Shown: positions 28,949-38,551 of the stretch, in pieces
How the letters are laid out: each line of letters begins with the position of its first letter
Position numbering within the stretch: position 1 is the stretch's first letter
Assembly (NCBI GenBank): GCA_963665755.1
Contig: OY762445.1
Location: 619,007-683,006 of the forward strand
Direction of reading: 5' to 3'
DNA length: 64,000 bases
From: a bacterium
GTDB lineage: Bacteria > JAAXHH01
Notes under the pieces: generated by a model
What the model was told of the DNA's origin: nothing
Seen by the model: the letters and a program-made list of their open reading frames with translations, nothing else
Database searches by the model: none
Position numbers and translations under genes: made by a program

Positions 28949-29581
28949 TCACTGGCGCCAGGCTTCCATGACGCGATCAAAGGGCGTACAACCCGCCCGG
29001 ATGAGGCGCGGGGTCCCGGCAGAAACGTCCACGACCGTTGAAGGCTGGTCCGATGGCGAACGCCCGCCGTCGAGAATCAAATCCACCCGGTCGCCCAACC
29101 GCTGGGCAACGTCTTCCGCGGTAATCGGTTCAGGATCTCCGGAACGGTTGGCGCTTGGTGCGGTTACGGGTCCGCCCACCGCGCGGCACAGATGCCCGGC
29201 GATCGCCGCGCCGCTGTGCCGGACCCCGATCGTCGAGCCTCCGCCCAGCAGTTCCCGCGGCACGCTGTCCAACGCCGGAAAAACCAGCGTCAGGGGACCC
29301 GGCCAGCAGGCGTCCATCAACGCATGGACACGCCCGGGGATGTGCCGGAACAGGAGGTCCAGGTCCTGCCGGCGCGATACGAGTACCAGAATCGGCTTGG
29401 ATTCATCGCGGCCTTTGGCTTCATATATCCGCCGAATCGCGGCAGGATTTGTACCGTCCGCGCCGATACCGTAAACCGTCTCGGTAGGAAAGGCCACAAG
29501 GCCCCCGTCGCGAATAACGCCTGCGGCCTCCTGCAGTATGGCCTTGTCCGGTCGTACCGGATCGATTGCGAGAATCCTCAT
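28949..29581 (-). CDS. tsaC: L-threonylcarbamoyladenylate synthase (YrdC/Sua5/TsaC family)
   Basis: GGLVAFPTETVYGIGAD, GPLTLV, VRHSG and SANRSG motifs. I chose ATG 29581; the ORF track extends to 29689. Confidence 0.85.
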   Translation of the reverse strand: MRILAIDPVRPDKAILQEAAGVIRDGGLVAFPTETVYGIGADGTNPAAIRRIYEAKGRDESKPILVLVSRRQDLDLLFRHIPGRVHALMDACWPGPLTLVFPALDSVPRELLGGGSTIGVRHSGAAIAGHLCRAVGGPVTAPSANRSGDPEPITAEDVAQRLGDRVDLILDGGRSPSDQPSTVVDVSAGTPRLIRAGCTPFDRVMEAWRQ

Positions 29582-29707
29582 GGACTCGAACCCGATTGAT
29601 CGGTTGAACCATCGTGACAAAACGATCGCGCCGGGTACCTTGCCGGAGCAATCGGATATGAAATCCACCGGCCGGCCGGTGCGGTCCAACTTTTGGCCGG
29701 TAAGGGG

Positions 29708-30985
29708 CTAAGCCATCCTTCGCAGGCCCTTTTCACCGATGTCCGTGCGGAAATAACGTTGGTCGAACCGAATCCGGTCCACCGCGTCGTAGGCCCTGTC
29801 TATGGATCCCTTTAGATCGTCGGCCAGGGCCGTCACGCCCAGGATCCTGCCGCCGTTGGTCACCAGTTTACCATCCCGCGTGGCCGTATCGGCATGAAAG
29901 GCGAAGACATCATCCATTTCGTCCAGTAAATCCAGCCCGCGTATTTCCATCCCTGTCTCGTATGAGCCGGGATACCCACCGGAAGCCACCACGACACAGG
30001 TCGCGGCCTTCCGCTTCCAGGTCAACGGCCCGGCGGGCAAGCTGCCTTCGCTGATCCCGACCGCCAGTTCCGCGAAATCGTCCTCGAGAAGCGGTAGAAT
30101 GACCTGGGCCTCGGGATCCCCGAAACGGCTGTTGAATTCGACGACCATCGGCCCCCCTGCGGTCATCATGATTCCGCAGTACAACACCCCCCTGAAGGGT
30201 CTGCCGCGGCGCTTCATGCTCAGGACTGCGGGCTCGATGATCCGTTCCAGGATGTCATTCAACGCGCCCTCGTCGATGACCGGGGCCGGCGCATACGCGC
30301 CCATGCCCCCGGTGTTCGGCCCCGCGTCGCCGTCGTAGATCGGTTTGTGGTCCTGCGAGGGAACCAGCGGCATGACCCGTTCGCCGTCGGTAAGCGCGAA
30401 AACGGACGCCTCCTCGCCTTCCATGAAGGCCTCTACGACCACGTTGCGGCCCGCTTCGCCGAACTTTTTTTCGGTCATAAGGCCGTCTAGCGCCGTCATG
30501 GCTTCCTCGACGGTGCGGCATACCAGCGCGCCCTTACCGGCGGCCAGCCCATCTGTCTTGACGACGATCGGCGCGCCCAGTTCGTTCACGTACGCACGCG
30601 CTTTAGCCACGTCTGAAAAAACCTCGAAAGCGGCCGTAGGTATTCCTTCTTCCCGCATCATCCGCTTGGAGAATGACTTGCTCCATTCGATTTCGGCGGC
30701 CGCCCGCGTCGGACCAAAGGCCCTGATGCCCAGGCTTTCCACGGCGTCGACCACGCCGGCTTCCAGCGCGCCGTCTGGTCCCACCACCACCAGATCAACG
30801 CCGTTATCTCGGGCGAAACCGGCGATTCCGCGCGCGTCTTCCGGCGCGATGGGCACGCATTCTCCGAGGGCGGCGATACCCGGATTACCCGGCGCCGCGT
30901 ACAGGCTGTCTACGAGGGCGGAGCGCCGGAGCGCCCAGGCCAGCGTGTGTTCCCTTCCACCCTTGCCGACAACCAGAACGTTCAT
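29708..30985 (-). CDS. purD: phosphoribosylamine--glycine ligase
   Basis: 425 aa: MNVLVVGKGGREHTLAWAL..., an ATP-grasp core and C-terminal GGRILGVTA. This is the full-length PurD pattern. Confidence 0.95.
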   Translation of the reverse strand: MNVLVVGKGGREHTLAWALRRSALVDSLYAAPGNPGIAALGECVPIAPEDARGIAGFARDNGVDLVVVGPDGALEAGVVDAVESLGIRAFGPTRAAAEIEWSKSFSKRMMREEGIPTAAFEVFSDVAKARAYVNELGAPIVVKTDGLAAGKGALVCRTVEEAMTALDGLMTEKKFGEAGRNVVVEAFMEGEEASVFALTDGERVMPLVPSQDHKPIYDGDAGPNTGGMGAYAPAPVIDEGALNDILERIIEPAVLSMKRRGRPFRGVLYCGIMMTAGGPMVVEFNSRFGDPEAQVILPLLEDDFAELAVGISEGSLPAGPLTWKRKAATCVVVASGGYPGSYETGMEIRGLDLLDEMDDVFAFHADTATRDGKLVTNGGRILGVTALADDLKGSIDRAYDAVDRIRFDQRYFRTDIGEKGLRRMA

Positions 30986-31025
30986 GGAGTCTCCTGATTA
31001 TGTGGCCGCGATCACACGATCGTAA

Positions 31026-31124
31026 GAACTTGTGAACTCGAACTTCCAGTACCGATGAACTTCCAGTACCAATAAACTTCCAGTACAGGTGAACTTCGAG
31101 TACCGATGAACTTCCAGTACCGAT
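31026..31124. repeat. 17-bp tandem repeat array (GAACTTCCAGTACCGAT), five copies plus a partial copy
   Basis: Units lie at 31040-31056, 31057-31074, 31075-31090, 31091-31107 and 31108-31124, with a partial copy at 31026-31039. The array begins 41 nt upstream of the purD start, in a 600-bp divergent intergenic region. Confidence 0.9.
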
Positions 31125-31441
31125 TCGATCCGGTTCGCGCGAACTGAAGACGAACCGCTCGAATGCAATTTGAATTCCGTATGGGTTTACGGTGAAACCA
31201 AATCTGGTGCGCGGGCGTTCTTACCAATTGTCATTAAGCTATTATAATAAAGGTCAGAGTGCGTCTATCTATTATGAATACCCGTATTTTGAAGGAATCC
31301 GGGGTGATCGAGGTACCGGATGGAATCCACCCGGATACCAGGTTTTGTGACGATCTGCGAGATCGCCAAAGTTAAAGAAATACGAAGGAAGTGTCAAGGC
31401 GCGAACTTAAAAAACACTACCGCGAAATGCCCCGAAAACCA

Positions 31442-31469
31442 TTGACACGGAACATCTTCGCGTTAGTAT
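31442..31469 (+). promoter_or_regulatory. candidate sigma70-type promoter for the ctp operon (TTGACA-N16-TAGTAT)
   Basis: TTGACA at 31442-31447 and TAGTAT at 31464-31469, about 117 nt upstream of ATG 31586. This is sequence match only. Confidence 0.35.
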
Positions 31470-31585
31470 TGTCTAGTGCTTCAAAAACGATATACGCACG
31501 CCCCCGAATGAATCCGAAAAAGACGTTTCCGGTGCGAGACCGTTTACATCCCGGACAGAAGACCGGGACGAAGGAGAAAGGCCTT

Positions 31586-33208
31586 ATGTCGATCATGAAG
31601 AGACCGAAATACCTGATCCTGCTGGTTTTTGTAGCGGTCGGATCGTTCCTGCTGGGCAGTACGGCGGACAGGACGATACACGCGGCGGACAACATCTACT
31701 CGAGCACCAAGCTGCTGATGGGCGTGCTCAGCCTGGTCAACGACAACTATGTGGAGGAAGTAGAGCCCGAAGAGTTGATCTACGCCGCAATCGACGGTAT
31801 GCTCGAAGTGCTCGATCCTCATTCCAGTTTCCTGAGCAAGGAAACCTTTGCCGAAATGGGAGAACGCTTCAGCGGGAATTTCTACGGCATCGGGATCGAG
31901 TTCGACGTGCTTGATGGATTCCTGTACGTTATTTCCGTGATCGACGAATCGCCATCGGAAGCCGTTGGCCTCCAGTCCGGCGATCGCATTGTTCGGATTG
32001 ACGGTGAATCGGCGATAGGCATCAAGCATGACGAGGTCAGACATAAACTGCGTGGGGAGAAAGGAACCAGGGTGGACGTAACTATCGAACGGACCGGAGT
32101 CGATGAGCGGTTCGACGTAACGATCACCCGCGATCGGATTCCCATTCGCAGTGTCCGGACGTCCATCATGCTGGAAGACCAAACGGGATACATCCAGTTG
32201 ATCCGGTTCGCCAAGACCACTTCGCGTGAACTCGAGACCGCCCTGGATAAGCTTCAACAAGACGGCATGGAGCGGCTGATACTCGACCTGAGAGGCAATT
32301 CCGGAGGCTACTTGGACCAGGCGGTGGCCGTGTCGAGCAAGTTCATACCCGAAGGCCGCGTTATCGTTAAAACCATGGGCAGGAACCGGACTTCCAACCA
32401 GACGTTTCAATCACTTAGCGGAGTGCTCCACCGCGACATGCCCCTGGTGATCCTGCTGGACCATCGCTCCGCCTCCGCGTCCGAAATCGTGGCCGGCGCC
32501 GTTCAGGACTGGGACCGGGGCGTGATTGCCGGAACCCGCAGTTTCGGCAAGGGTCTCGTACAGACCCTGTTCGCGGAACCTCACCTGGCGGACGGTTCCG
32601 CGCTAAAACTGACTACGGCCCGGTACTACACCCCAAGCGGTCGCATGATCCAACGGGACTATAAGAACAAATCCTACCAGGAGTACATCGAAGGCTCGTT
32701 CAGCGAATCCGGCGAGACGGAGACGGGGGAGGATTCCGCTTCTGCATCGGACCGCCCTGAATACGTCACCGCCGCCGGGCGTACAGTCTATGGAGATGGC
32801 GGCATTTCTCCCGATGTCGTTATCAAGACGCCGAAACGCCAGTATCCCTTCGTTATAGGCAAGTACAGGGGCTGGATGCCTTTCGACCGGGCCTGTTTCG
32901 AATTTGCCAATACCTACGGCGTGACCCGGCAGGACCTCCGGGACGACTTCGACACCTTCCTGAACGAGTTTCAGGTCGACGAGGCCATGCTGGAAGCGTT
33001 CAAGACCCAGGTTCGGGAGTCCGGGATATCCTTCTCCGACGATGAATTCAGCGCCGATCTGGACGTCATCGAACTCCAGTTGAAACGGGCCCTTGCCCGG
33101 AATCTCTGGGGTGACGAGGAAGCCGGCCGCGTAGCCGCGGCCGGAGACGAACAACTCCAGCGGGCCCTTCGGTTGTTTAATTCTCACGAGATGCTGGTTC
33201 AGCACTAA
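31586..33208 (+). CDS. ctp: S41 carboxyl-terminal processing protease (Ctp/Prc-like) with a PDZ domain
   Basis: The signal anchor is MSIMKRPKYLILLVFVAVGSFLLG. PDZ region: SPSEAVGLQSGDRIVRIDG. Catalytic Ser context: LRGNSGGYLDQAV. Lys context: SASASEIVAGA. ATG 31586 follows AAGGAG. The ORF track extends to 31391. Confidence 0.85.
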   Translation: MSIMKRPKYLILLVFVAVGSFLLGSTADRTIHAADNIYSSTKLLMGVLSLVNDNYVEEVEPEELIYAAIDGMLEVLDPHSSFLSKETFAEMGERFSGNFYGIGIEFDVLDGFLYVISVIDESPSEAVGLQSGDRIVRIDGESAIGIKHDEVRHKLRGEKGTRVDVTIERTGVDERFDVTITRDRIPIRSVRTSIMLEDQTGYIQLIRFAKTTSRELETALDKLQQDGMERLILDLRGNSGGYLDQAVAVSSKFIPEGRVIVKTMGRNRTSNQTFQSLSGVLHRDMPLVILLDHRSASASEIVAGAVQDWDRGVIAGTRSFGKGLVQTLFAEPHLADGSALKLTTARYYTPSGRMIQRDYKNKSYQEYIEGSFSESGETETGEDSASASDRPEYVTAAGRTVYGDGGISPDVVIKTPKRQYPFVIGKYRGWMPFDRACFEFANTYGVTRQDLRDDFDTFLNEFQVDEAMLEAFKTQVRESGISFSDDEFSADLDVIELQLKRALARNLWGDEEAGRVAAAGDEQLQRALRLFNSHEMLVQH

Positions 33209-33277
33209 CGAGTTTCTATAAGGGACCCGCGGACCGCGGAATAACAAGGCCACGCCGGAGAACGCCAAGGACTGACC

Positions 33278-36200
33278 GTGCCGAGTAAAACCTCCCTTTC
33301 CGCCTGGCACGCGCTGCGAGACCGGCTCCACGAACTTCGAATCCGCAGCCGTTGGGTTGTCATCGCCGAAGGCTTGTTCATCACCGGCGCGCTGATCTGC
33401 GTCCTCGCGCTTTCCCTCGCCACGCTCGAATCCTACCTCTACCTCGACCCGGTGGTTAGGCTGGTACTGATCCCGGCGAGTTTCTTGCTCCTGACGGCAG
33501 TGCTGGTCCGGCGATATCTGCATCGTTTGAGACGCGGTTTTTCCGACGAGGACCTCGCGCGGCAGGTCGATTCCCAGTATCCTGAATTGAACGACCGGGT
33601 CACCGTGGCTCTGCAACTCTCCCGGCAGCGGGAAGAGGGATCCAACGCCTCGCCCGCGCTCCTGGACGCGGCCGTTACGGATGCCGCAAAATACACCCGG
33701 GCGGTGGATTTCAAAGAAGCAGATCAAAGATTCCGCATCGCCCCGGCCGCCAAGAGATTCGGCCTTGCCGCGTTGCTATTGATACTGGCGATGGCCGCGT
33801 TCGGCGCGCCGCTTACCGGTGCCCTCGGCCGGCTGGCAAGCCCCCTGACCCATTTCCAGCCTCCGCAACGCACGTTTCTGAGCGTCCTGCCGGGAGACGT
33901 GGAAGTTGCGGCCGGAGGCCAGGTAACGATTATGGCCGAAGCGGCCGGCGAGATACCAGGCCGGGCCATCATGCGCCTGACCTCGGACGACGGACCGAGC
34001 AACTCCGTGGATATGAAGGCCACGGCGCCGGGCTCGTACTCCCATACCCTTCGGGAGATCAGAGAGAGTCTGACCTACGTAATCGAGGCCGGAGACGCCG
34101 TCAGCCATTCGTTTCGCATCAATGCCATCGATCGCCCGTTCATTGGCGCGCTGCGCCTTACCTATCATTATCCGGCCTACACCAGACTTGAACCCAGGAA
34201 CACCACCGAAGGAGGCGATATCGTCGCACTGAAGGGAACGCGGGTGGAACTGGCCGCCGTTGATGCAAGCCGGAATCTGTCGGAAGCGGCGCTTATCCTC
34301 GAGCATACAGACAAACCGGTAGCCATGAAGGTAGTAGACGACACGGCCTCAGTACCGCTGACCGTGCAGTCAGATCAGCGGTACCGCATCATGTTGCGCA
34401 ACATGGACGGCCATGAAAGCGCGGACCCCGCATGGTACCGGATTATCGCGTTGCCGGACCGCATGCCGTCGCTACGCATCCTGTCGCCCGGTCGAAATAC
34501 AGATCTCACGGAGAACATGGTCGTTTCGTTTCTGGTATCAGGCACGGACGACTTCGGGTTCTCGGGAATGAATCTGATCTACCGTAAAGAACCCGGAGGC
34601 GAGGAGCGGAACATGCCCATCCCCGTGGACACGGAGTCCACGATGATTTCGCAGCCATTCGTCTGGGATCTTACAAATGAAAACCTCTTTCCGGGGGACG
34701 TGGTATCCTACCGGATCGAATTGTATGACAACGACACGATTTCGGGGCCGAAGCGGGCGGTAAGCCGCACCTATACGCTCCGGTTTCCTTCGATAGAAGA
34801 GATCTACGATCAGATCGACGAAACACAGGAACAACAGGTCTCGGACATGGAGGATATGCTGGAAGAGCAGGAAGAAACCAGGAAGAAAATCGAAGAACTG
34901 AATCGGACCCTCGAACAGAAAGCAAGGGAAGAAGCCGACGGGATTCAGTCGGAGGAATTGTCCTGGGAACAGAAAAAGGAGATCGAATCCGTTCTGACTG
35001 GCCAGGAACAGGCGACCGACGAACTCCTCAAAGCGGCCGAAGCGATCAGGGCGACCATGGAAACACTGGAAGACCACGATTCGCCCAGCCAGGAGCTCAT
35101 CGACAAGATGGATCAACTGCGGAAGCTTTTTCAGGAGATCGCCACACCCGAGCTGCTGAAGGCTATGCAGGAATTGAAACAAGCCCTTCAGTCCTTCGAC
35201 AACGAGCAGCTGAAAGCGTCGATGGAATCCTTCGAATTCGAGCAGGAAGAGTTTTTGAAACGACTGGAGCGCAGCCTCTCCATTCTGAAGCAAATCCGGA
35301 TGGAGCAACAGTTGATGGCTGCCGTTCGACAGACTCAGGACCTCGCTGCACGACAGGACGAGCTGCGCTACGCAACGGAGAATTCGTCGAACAGCGAAGA
35401 GCGATTGGAACTATCGGAAAAGCAGCAGCGGTTAGGCGAGGACACAGGCTCCCTGCAACGCGACCTGGAAAGTCTCGCCCGCGCGATGGAAGCGTTCAGG
35501 GACATGCCCGCAGAGCGTGTGCTCGAGGCCGCCAGCGAAATGGAACGCCGGGATATGACGGGAAACATGGATCAAATCGCCGAACAGTTGAAAGTCGGCA
35601 GGATGCAGCGGGCGATGGCAGGCCAACAGGAAATGTCCCGGGCTCTTTCCGGACTCAACCAGCAACTGCAGGACATCCAGGATCAACTACAGGAAGACCG
35701 GATGCGGGAAATCGCCGAAGGAATGCGTCGCGCGATGCACCAACTGGTCGATCTTTCCGTCAGCCAGGAAACCCTTAACGAACGAACCCGGAGCCCGGGC
35801 GGGTCCGGAACCCGGATCAACATTCTTACGGAAGACCAGCAGGGACTCCTTGGCGGCGCTTCGCTCGTGGCCAACGACATCGTATCCATTGCGCAGAAAA
35901 CGCCGTTCATTTCTCCTTCCATCGGGCGAGCGCTGGGAGAAACACTGAACAACATGGAGCGCGCGGAGGACCACCTGGCCGAACAGGAACGCGATACGGC
36001 GGCCGGGGAACAACTGGCCGCCATGAAGTCTCTGAACGAGACCGTACTGGCCTTGCAGAGGTCCATGAGCAACATGGCGAATTCCGGTTCGTCCTCCGGC
36101 ATGATGGATCTCATCGAAAGGCTTCAGGGCATGGCCAGGCAACAGACCGGAATCAACGACCAGATGGACCGGATGATGGATGAATCGAACGGCAGCATGG

Positions 36201-36661
36201 ACCTGGAAACCCAGGCACAGGTATCCAGGCTGGCGGCCAGGCAGGAAGCGTTGCGTAAGAGCCTGGAACAACTGCGTAGTGAGCAGCAGGGTCATCAGGA
36301 ACAGATTCTCGGCAGGTTGCAGGAAATCGAAAACGAGATGGACGACACCGTACGTGAGTTGCAACAGTTCCGGATCGACCCCGACCTGGTGGAGCGCCAG
36401 CAACGGATCCTGTCCAGGTTGCTGGACGCCTCGCGGTCCATTCGCGGGCAGAAACGCGAGGAAAAGCGGCGAGCCGCACCGGGCGAGGACCTCGTGAACC
36501 TTCCGGCGCCGGACGACTTGCCCGACGATCTGACCCGTTTGGAACGCTCCCTCCGGAATGATATCCTGGGTCGTGTCGAGGAAGGCGCGTATCCCCGGGA
36601 ATACGAAGAACTCATTCGCGCCTACTTCCGCGCGCTTTCACACATTCCTGTGGTAAACTAG
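33278..36661 (+). CDS. large membrane-anchored coiled-coil protein, DUF4175-like
   Basis: 1127 aa with two N-terminal TM helices, a beta-rich middle region, a roughly 550-aa E/Q/R-rich coiled coil, and a C-terminal YPREYEELIRAYFRAL motif reminiscent of the DUF4175/TIGR02302 family. The family assignment is from memory and was not searched. Confidence 0.55.
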   Translation: MPSKTSLSAWHALRDRLHELRIRSRWVVIAEGLFITGALICVLALSLATLESYLYLDPVVRLVLIPASFLLLTAVLVRRYLHRLRRGFSDEDLARQVDSQYPELNDRVTVALQLSRQREEGSNASPALLDAAVTDAAKYTRAVDFKEADQRFRIAPAAKRFGLAALLLILAMAAFGAPLTGALGRLASPLTHFQPPQRTFLSVLPGDVEVAAGGQVTIMAEAAGEIPGRAIMRLTSDDGPSNSVDMKATAPGSYSHTLREIRESLTYVIEAGDAVSHSFRINAIDRPFIGALRLTYHYPAYTRLEPRNTTEGGDIVALKGTRVELAAVDASRNLSEAALILEHTDKPVAMKVVDDTASVPLTVQSDQRYRIMLRNMDGHESADPAWYRIIALPDRMPSLRILSPGRNTDLTENMVVSFLVSGTDDFGFSGMNLIYRKEPGGEERNMPIPVDTESTMISQPFVWDLTNENLFPGDVVSYRIELYDNDTISGPKRAVSRTYTLRFPSIEEIYDQIDETQEQQVSDMEDMLEEQEETRKKIEELNRTLEQKAREEADGIQSEELSWEQKKEIESVLTGQEQATDELLKAAEAIRATMETLEDHDSPSQELIDKMDQLRKLFQEIATPELLKAMQELKQALQSFDNEQLKASMESFEFEQEEFLKRLERSLSILKQIRMEQQLMAAVRQTQDLAARQDELRYATENSSNSEERLELSEKQQRLGEDTGSLQRDLESLARAMEAFRDMPAERVLEAASEMERRDMTGNMDQIAEQLKVGRMQRAMAGQQEMSRALSGLNQQLQDIQDQLQEDRMREIAEGMRRAMHQLVDLSVSQETLNERTRSPGGSGTRINILTEDQQGLLGGASLVANDIVSIAQKTPFISPSIGRALGETLNNMERAEDHLAEQERDTAAGEQLAAMKSLNETVLALQRSMSNMANSGSSSGMMDLIERLQGMARQQTGINDQMDRMMDESNGSMDLETQAQVSRLAARQEALRKSLEQLRSEQQGHQEQILGRLQEIENEMDDTVRELQQFRIDPDLVERQQRILSRLLDASRSIRGQKREEKRRAAPGEDLVNLPAPDDLPDDLTRLERSLRNDILGRVEEGAYPREYEELIRAYFRALSHIPVVN

Positions 36662-36670
36662 GCGGCGATT

Positions 36671-38551
36671 GTGTATCGCAGTTCCAGAACGCACAGCGGC
36701 AGTGCGACACCGCGACGCGGGAATCGCGTATGCGGTTTGCTCGCCGCGTTATTGACGGCCCAGTTATTGCTGTTCTCGAGTGCCGAGGGACAGGCCGGAC
36801 GGACGGACGACCTGAACAGGAGGATCGAGCAGGCCAGGAGTCTGGAACGTCTTCGGCAATACGACAAGGCGGTCGCCATATTCGAGCGCGTGTTGCGGGA
36901 TGCTCCGGACAACCGGTCCGCGCTCAACGGCGCCGTACGGCTTTACTTCCGGCTGAACGCCTTTGGCCGGGCGATACCTCTGCTCGAGACCCATATTGAG
37001 AAATACCCCGATAGAATAAACCTGCGCGGCATGCTCGCCGAAGCGCTTTTCGGCGTCGGGCGGGACGGCGACGCGGAGGAACAGATCCGAATCCTGCAGG
37101 ACCGCTTTCCGCAAAGCGAATCGGCCGTGACCGAGATCGCTTATCTTTACCTCGACAGGCAGGCATACGACAAGGCCATCCAGACTTTCCTTTCCGGACG
37201 GAAAAGACTGGGCAAACCGGGGGCTTTCGCCATTGGTCTCGCCAGCGTCTACACCAGTGCGTACGACATACCGGGCGCCGTACGAGAATACGTGCGCTGG
37301 TTGACGCAGCAACCCCGTCAGCAGCGTATCGTCAATGATCGCATCGACCTGCTCGCGGGTTTGGGAAGCCAGGAACTCGTGGAAGAGTCGCTGAAATCAG
37401 CGGTGTCCGAACATAGTGGCAGCAAGGAGGCACACGACCTGCTCGGTAATTTCTACCTGCGATCCGACAAACCCACGGAGGCCTTGGCCGCGTACCGCGT
37501 TGCGGACCGGTTGGACGGTGCCAGCGGGAAATACCTGATCCGGTTTGCAGAATGGGCCTTGCGGGAAGGGCACCATCGGAATGCCACTGACACATATCAG
37601 GAATTGACCCGGACGACCGTGTCGGATTCCCTGCGCGCCGAGGCCTATTCCGGCCTCGCCATGGCGTTTCAGGAAAGTGGCGCCGTGAACGATGCCGTCG
37701 AGACCTACCGAAATATCATCGAGCAGTATCCGGAATCCAGGTTCCGCAATGAGGCGGTGTCCAACCTGGCGGACTTGCACCTTGTCCACTACCGGGACGC
37801 GCCACAGGCGCTCGACCTGTACCGGTCGCTGCTGGACGTTCCGGACGACGCATCCACGTCGAAGTACCGTGAAAATGCCCTGTTCGGCATCGCGGAGAGT
37901 TACGTCGTCATGGGCAGTCTCGAAGACGCGCTCGTCTATTACAATCGCATCCGGGACCCGGGTTCCGGATTCGCCGAATCTGAAACCCGCGCGCGGACGA
38001 ATTACCATCTGGGTGAACTGGCGCTATTTCAGGGCCGATTGGACGAGGCCTTCGAATTTTTCCACGAGACGGCAGACCGCTATTCGGGGAGTCCCTATGC
38101 CAATGATGCGTTGGAATGGACCATCCTGATTGCCGAGGGCCGGCAGGGCGGAGACCGTTCGTTTACAGAGTATATCCGGTCGGTGCTGCTGCAACGTCGG
38201 CACAGGGACCGGGAAGCCCTGGCAGCCTGCAAGTCGCTAGTCGAGGAGCACGCGCAAAGTCCCATCGCGGACACAGTCATCCTGGACATCGGGATGATAC
38301 TCGACCGGCTGGGCAAGCCGTTCCAGGCGGTCGCGGCCCTTCGCGACCTGATCGAGCGGCATCCGGATAGCCGCCATGTCGCCGCTGCCCGGTGGCGGAT
38401 CGCGGAAACCTACGAAACAAGCATCGGTGATATCCCCCAGGCGCTCACGGAGTATGAGGCCCTGCTCATGTCCCACCCGGACCACTTCAAGAACGACGCC
38501 GTCCGCCGCAAGATAAGGGAACTGACCTCAAACCATCCGCCCCTGCCGTGA
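36671..38551 (+). CDS. tetratricopeptide-repeat (TPR) protein, secreted or anchored
   Basis: 626 aa with a hydrophobic N-terminus (GLLAALLTAQLLLFSSAEG) and many 34-aa A/Y/L-patterned repeats. It starts 9 nt after the upstream gene. Confidence 0.7.
   Translation: MYRSSRTHSGSATPRRGNRVCGLLAALLTAQLLLFSSAEGQAGRTDDLNRRIEQARSLERLRQYDKAVAIFERVLRDAPDNRSALNGAVRLYFRLNAFGRAIPLLETHIEKYPDRINLRGMLAEALFGVGRDGDAEEQIRILQDRFPQSESAVTEIAYLYLDRQAYDKAIQTFLSGRKRLGKPGAFAIGLASVYTSAYDIPGAVREYVRWLTQQPRQQRIVNDRIDLLAGLGSQELVEESLKSAVSEHSGSKEAHDLLGNFYLRSDKPTEALAAYRVADRLDGASGKYLIRFAEWALREGHHRNATDTYQELTRTTVSDSLRAEAYSGLAMAFQESGAVNDAVETYRNIIEQYPESRFRNEAVSNLADLHLVHYRDAPQALDLYRSLLDVPDDASTSKYRENALFGIAESYVVMGSLEDALVYYNRIRDPGSGFAESETRARTNYHLGELALFQGRLDEAFEFFHETADRYSGSPYANDALEWTILIAEGRQGGDRSFTEYIRSVLLQRRHRDREALAACKSLVEEHAQSPIADTVILDIGMILDRLGKPFQAVAALRDLIERHPDSRHVAAARWRIAETYETSIGDIPQALTEYEALLMSHPDHFKNDAVRRKIRELTSNHPPLP

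Noticed and set aside
31012-31227. A 71-aa ORF on the minus strand across the 17-bp tandem array (repeating YWKFIGT).
   Set aside because: Its periodic sequence is simply the translated repeat. It has no RBS or homology rationale.
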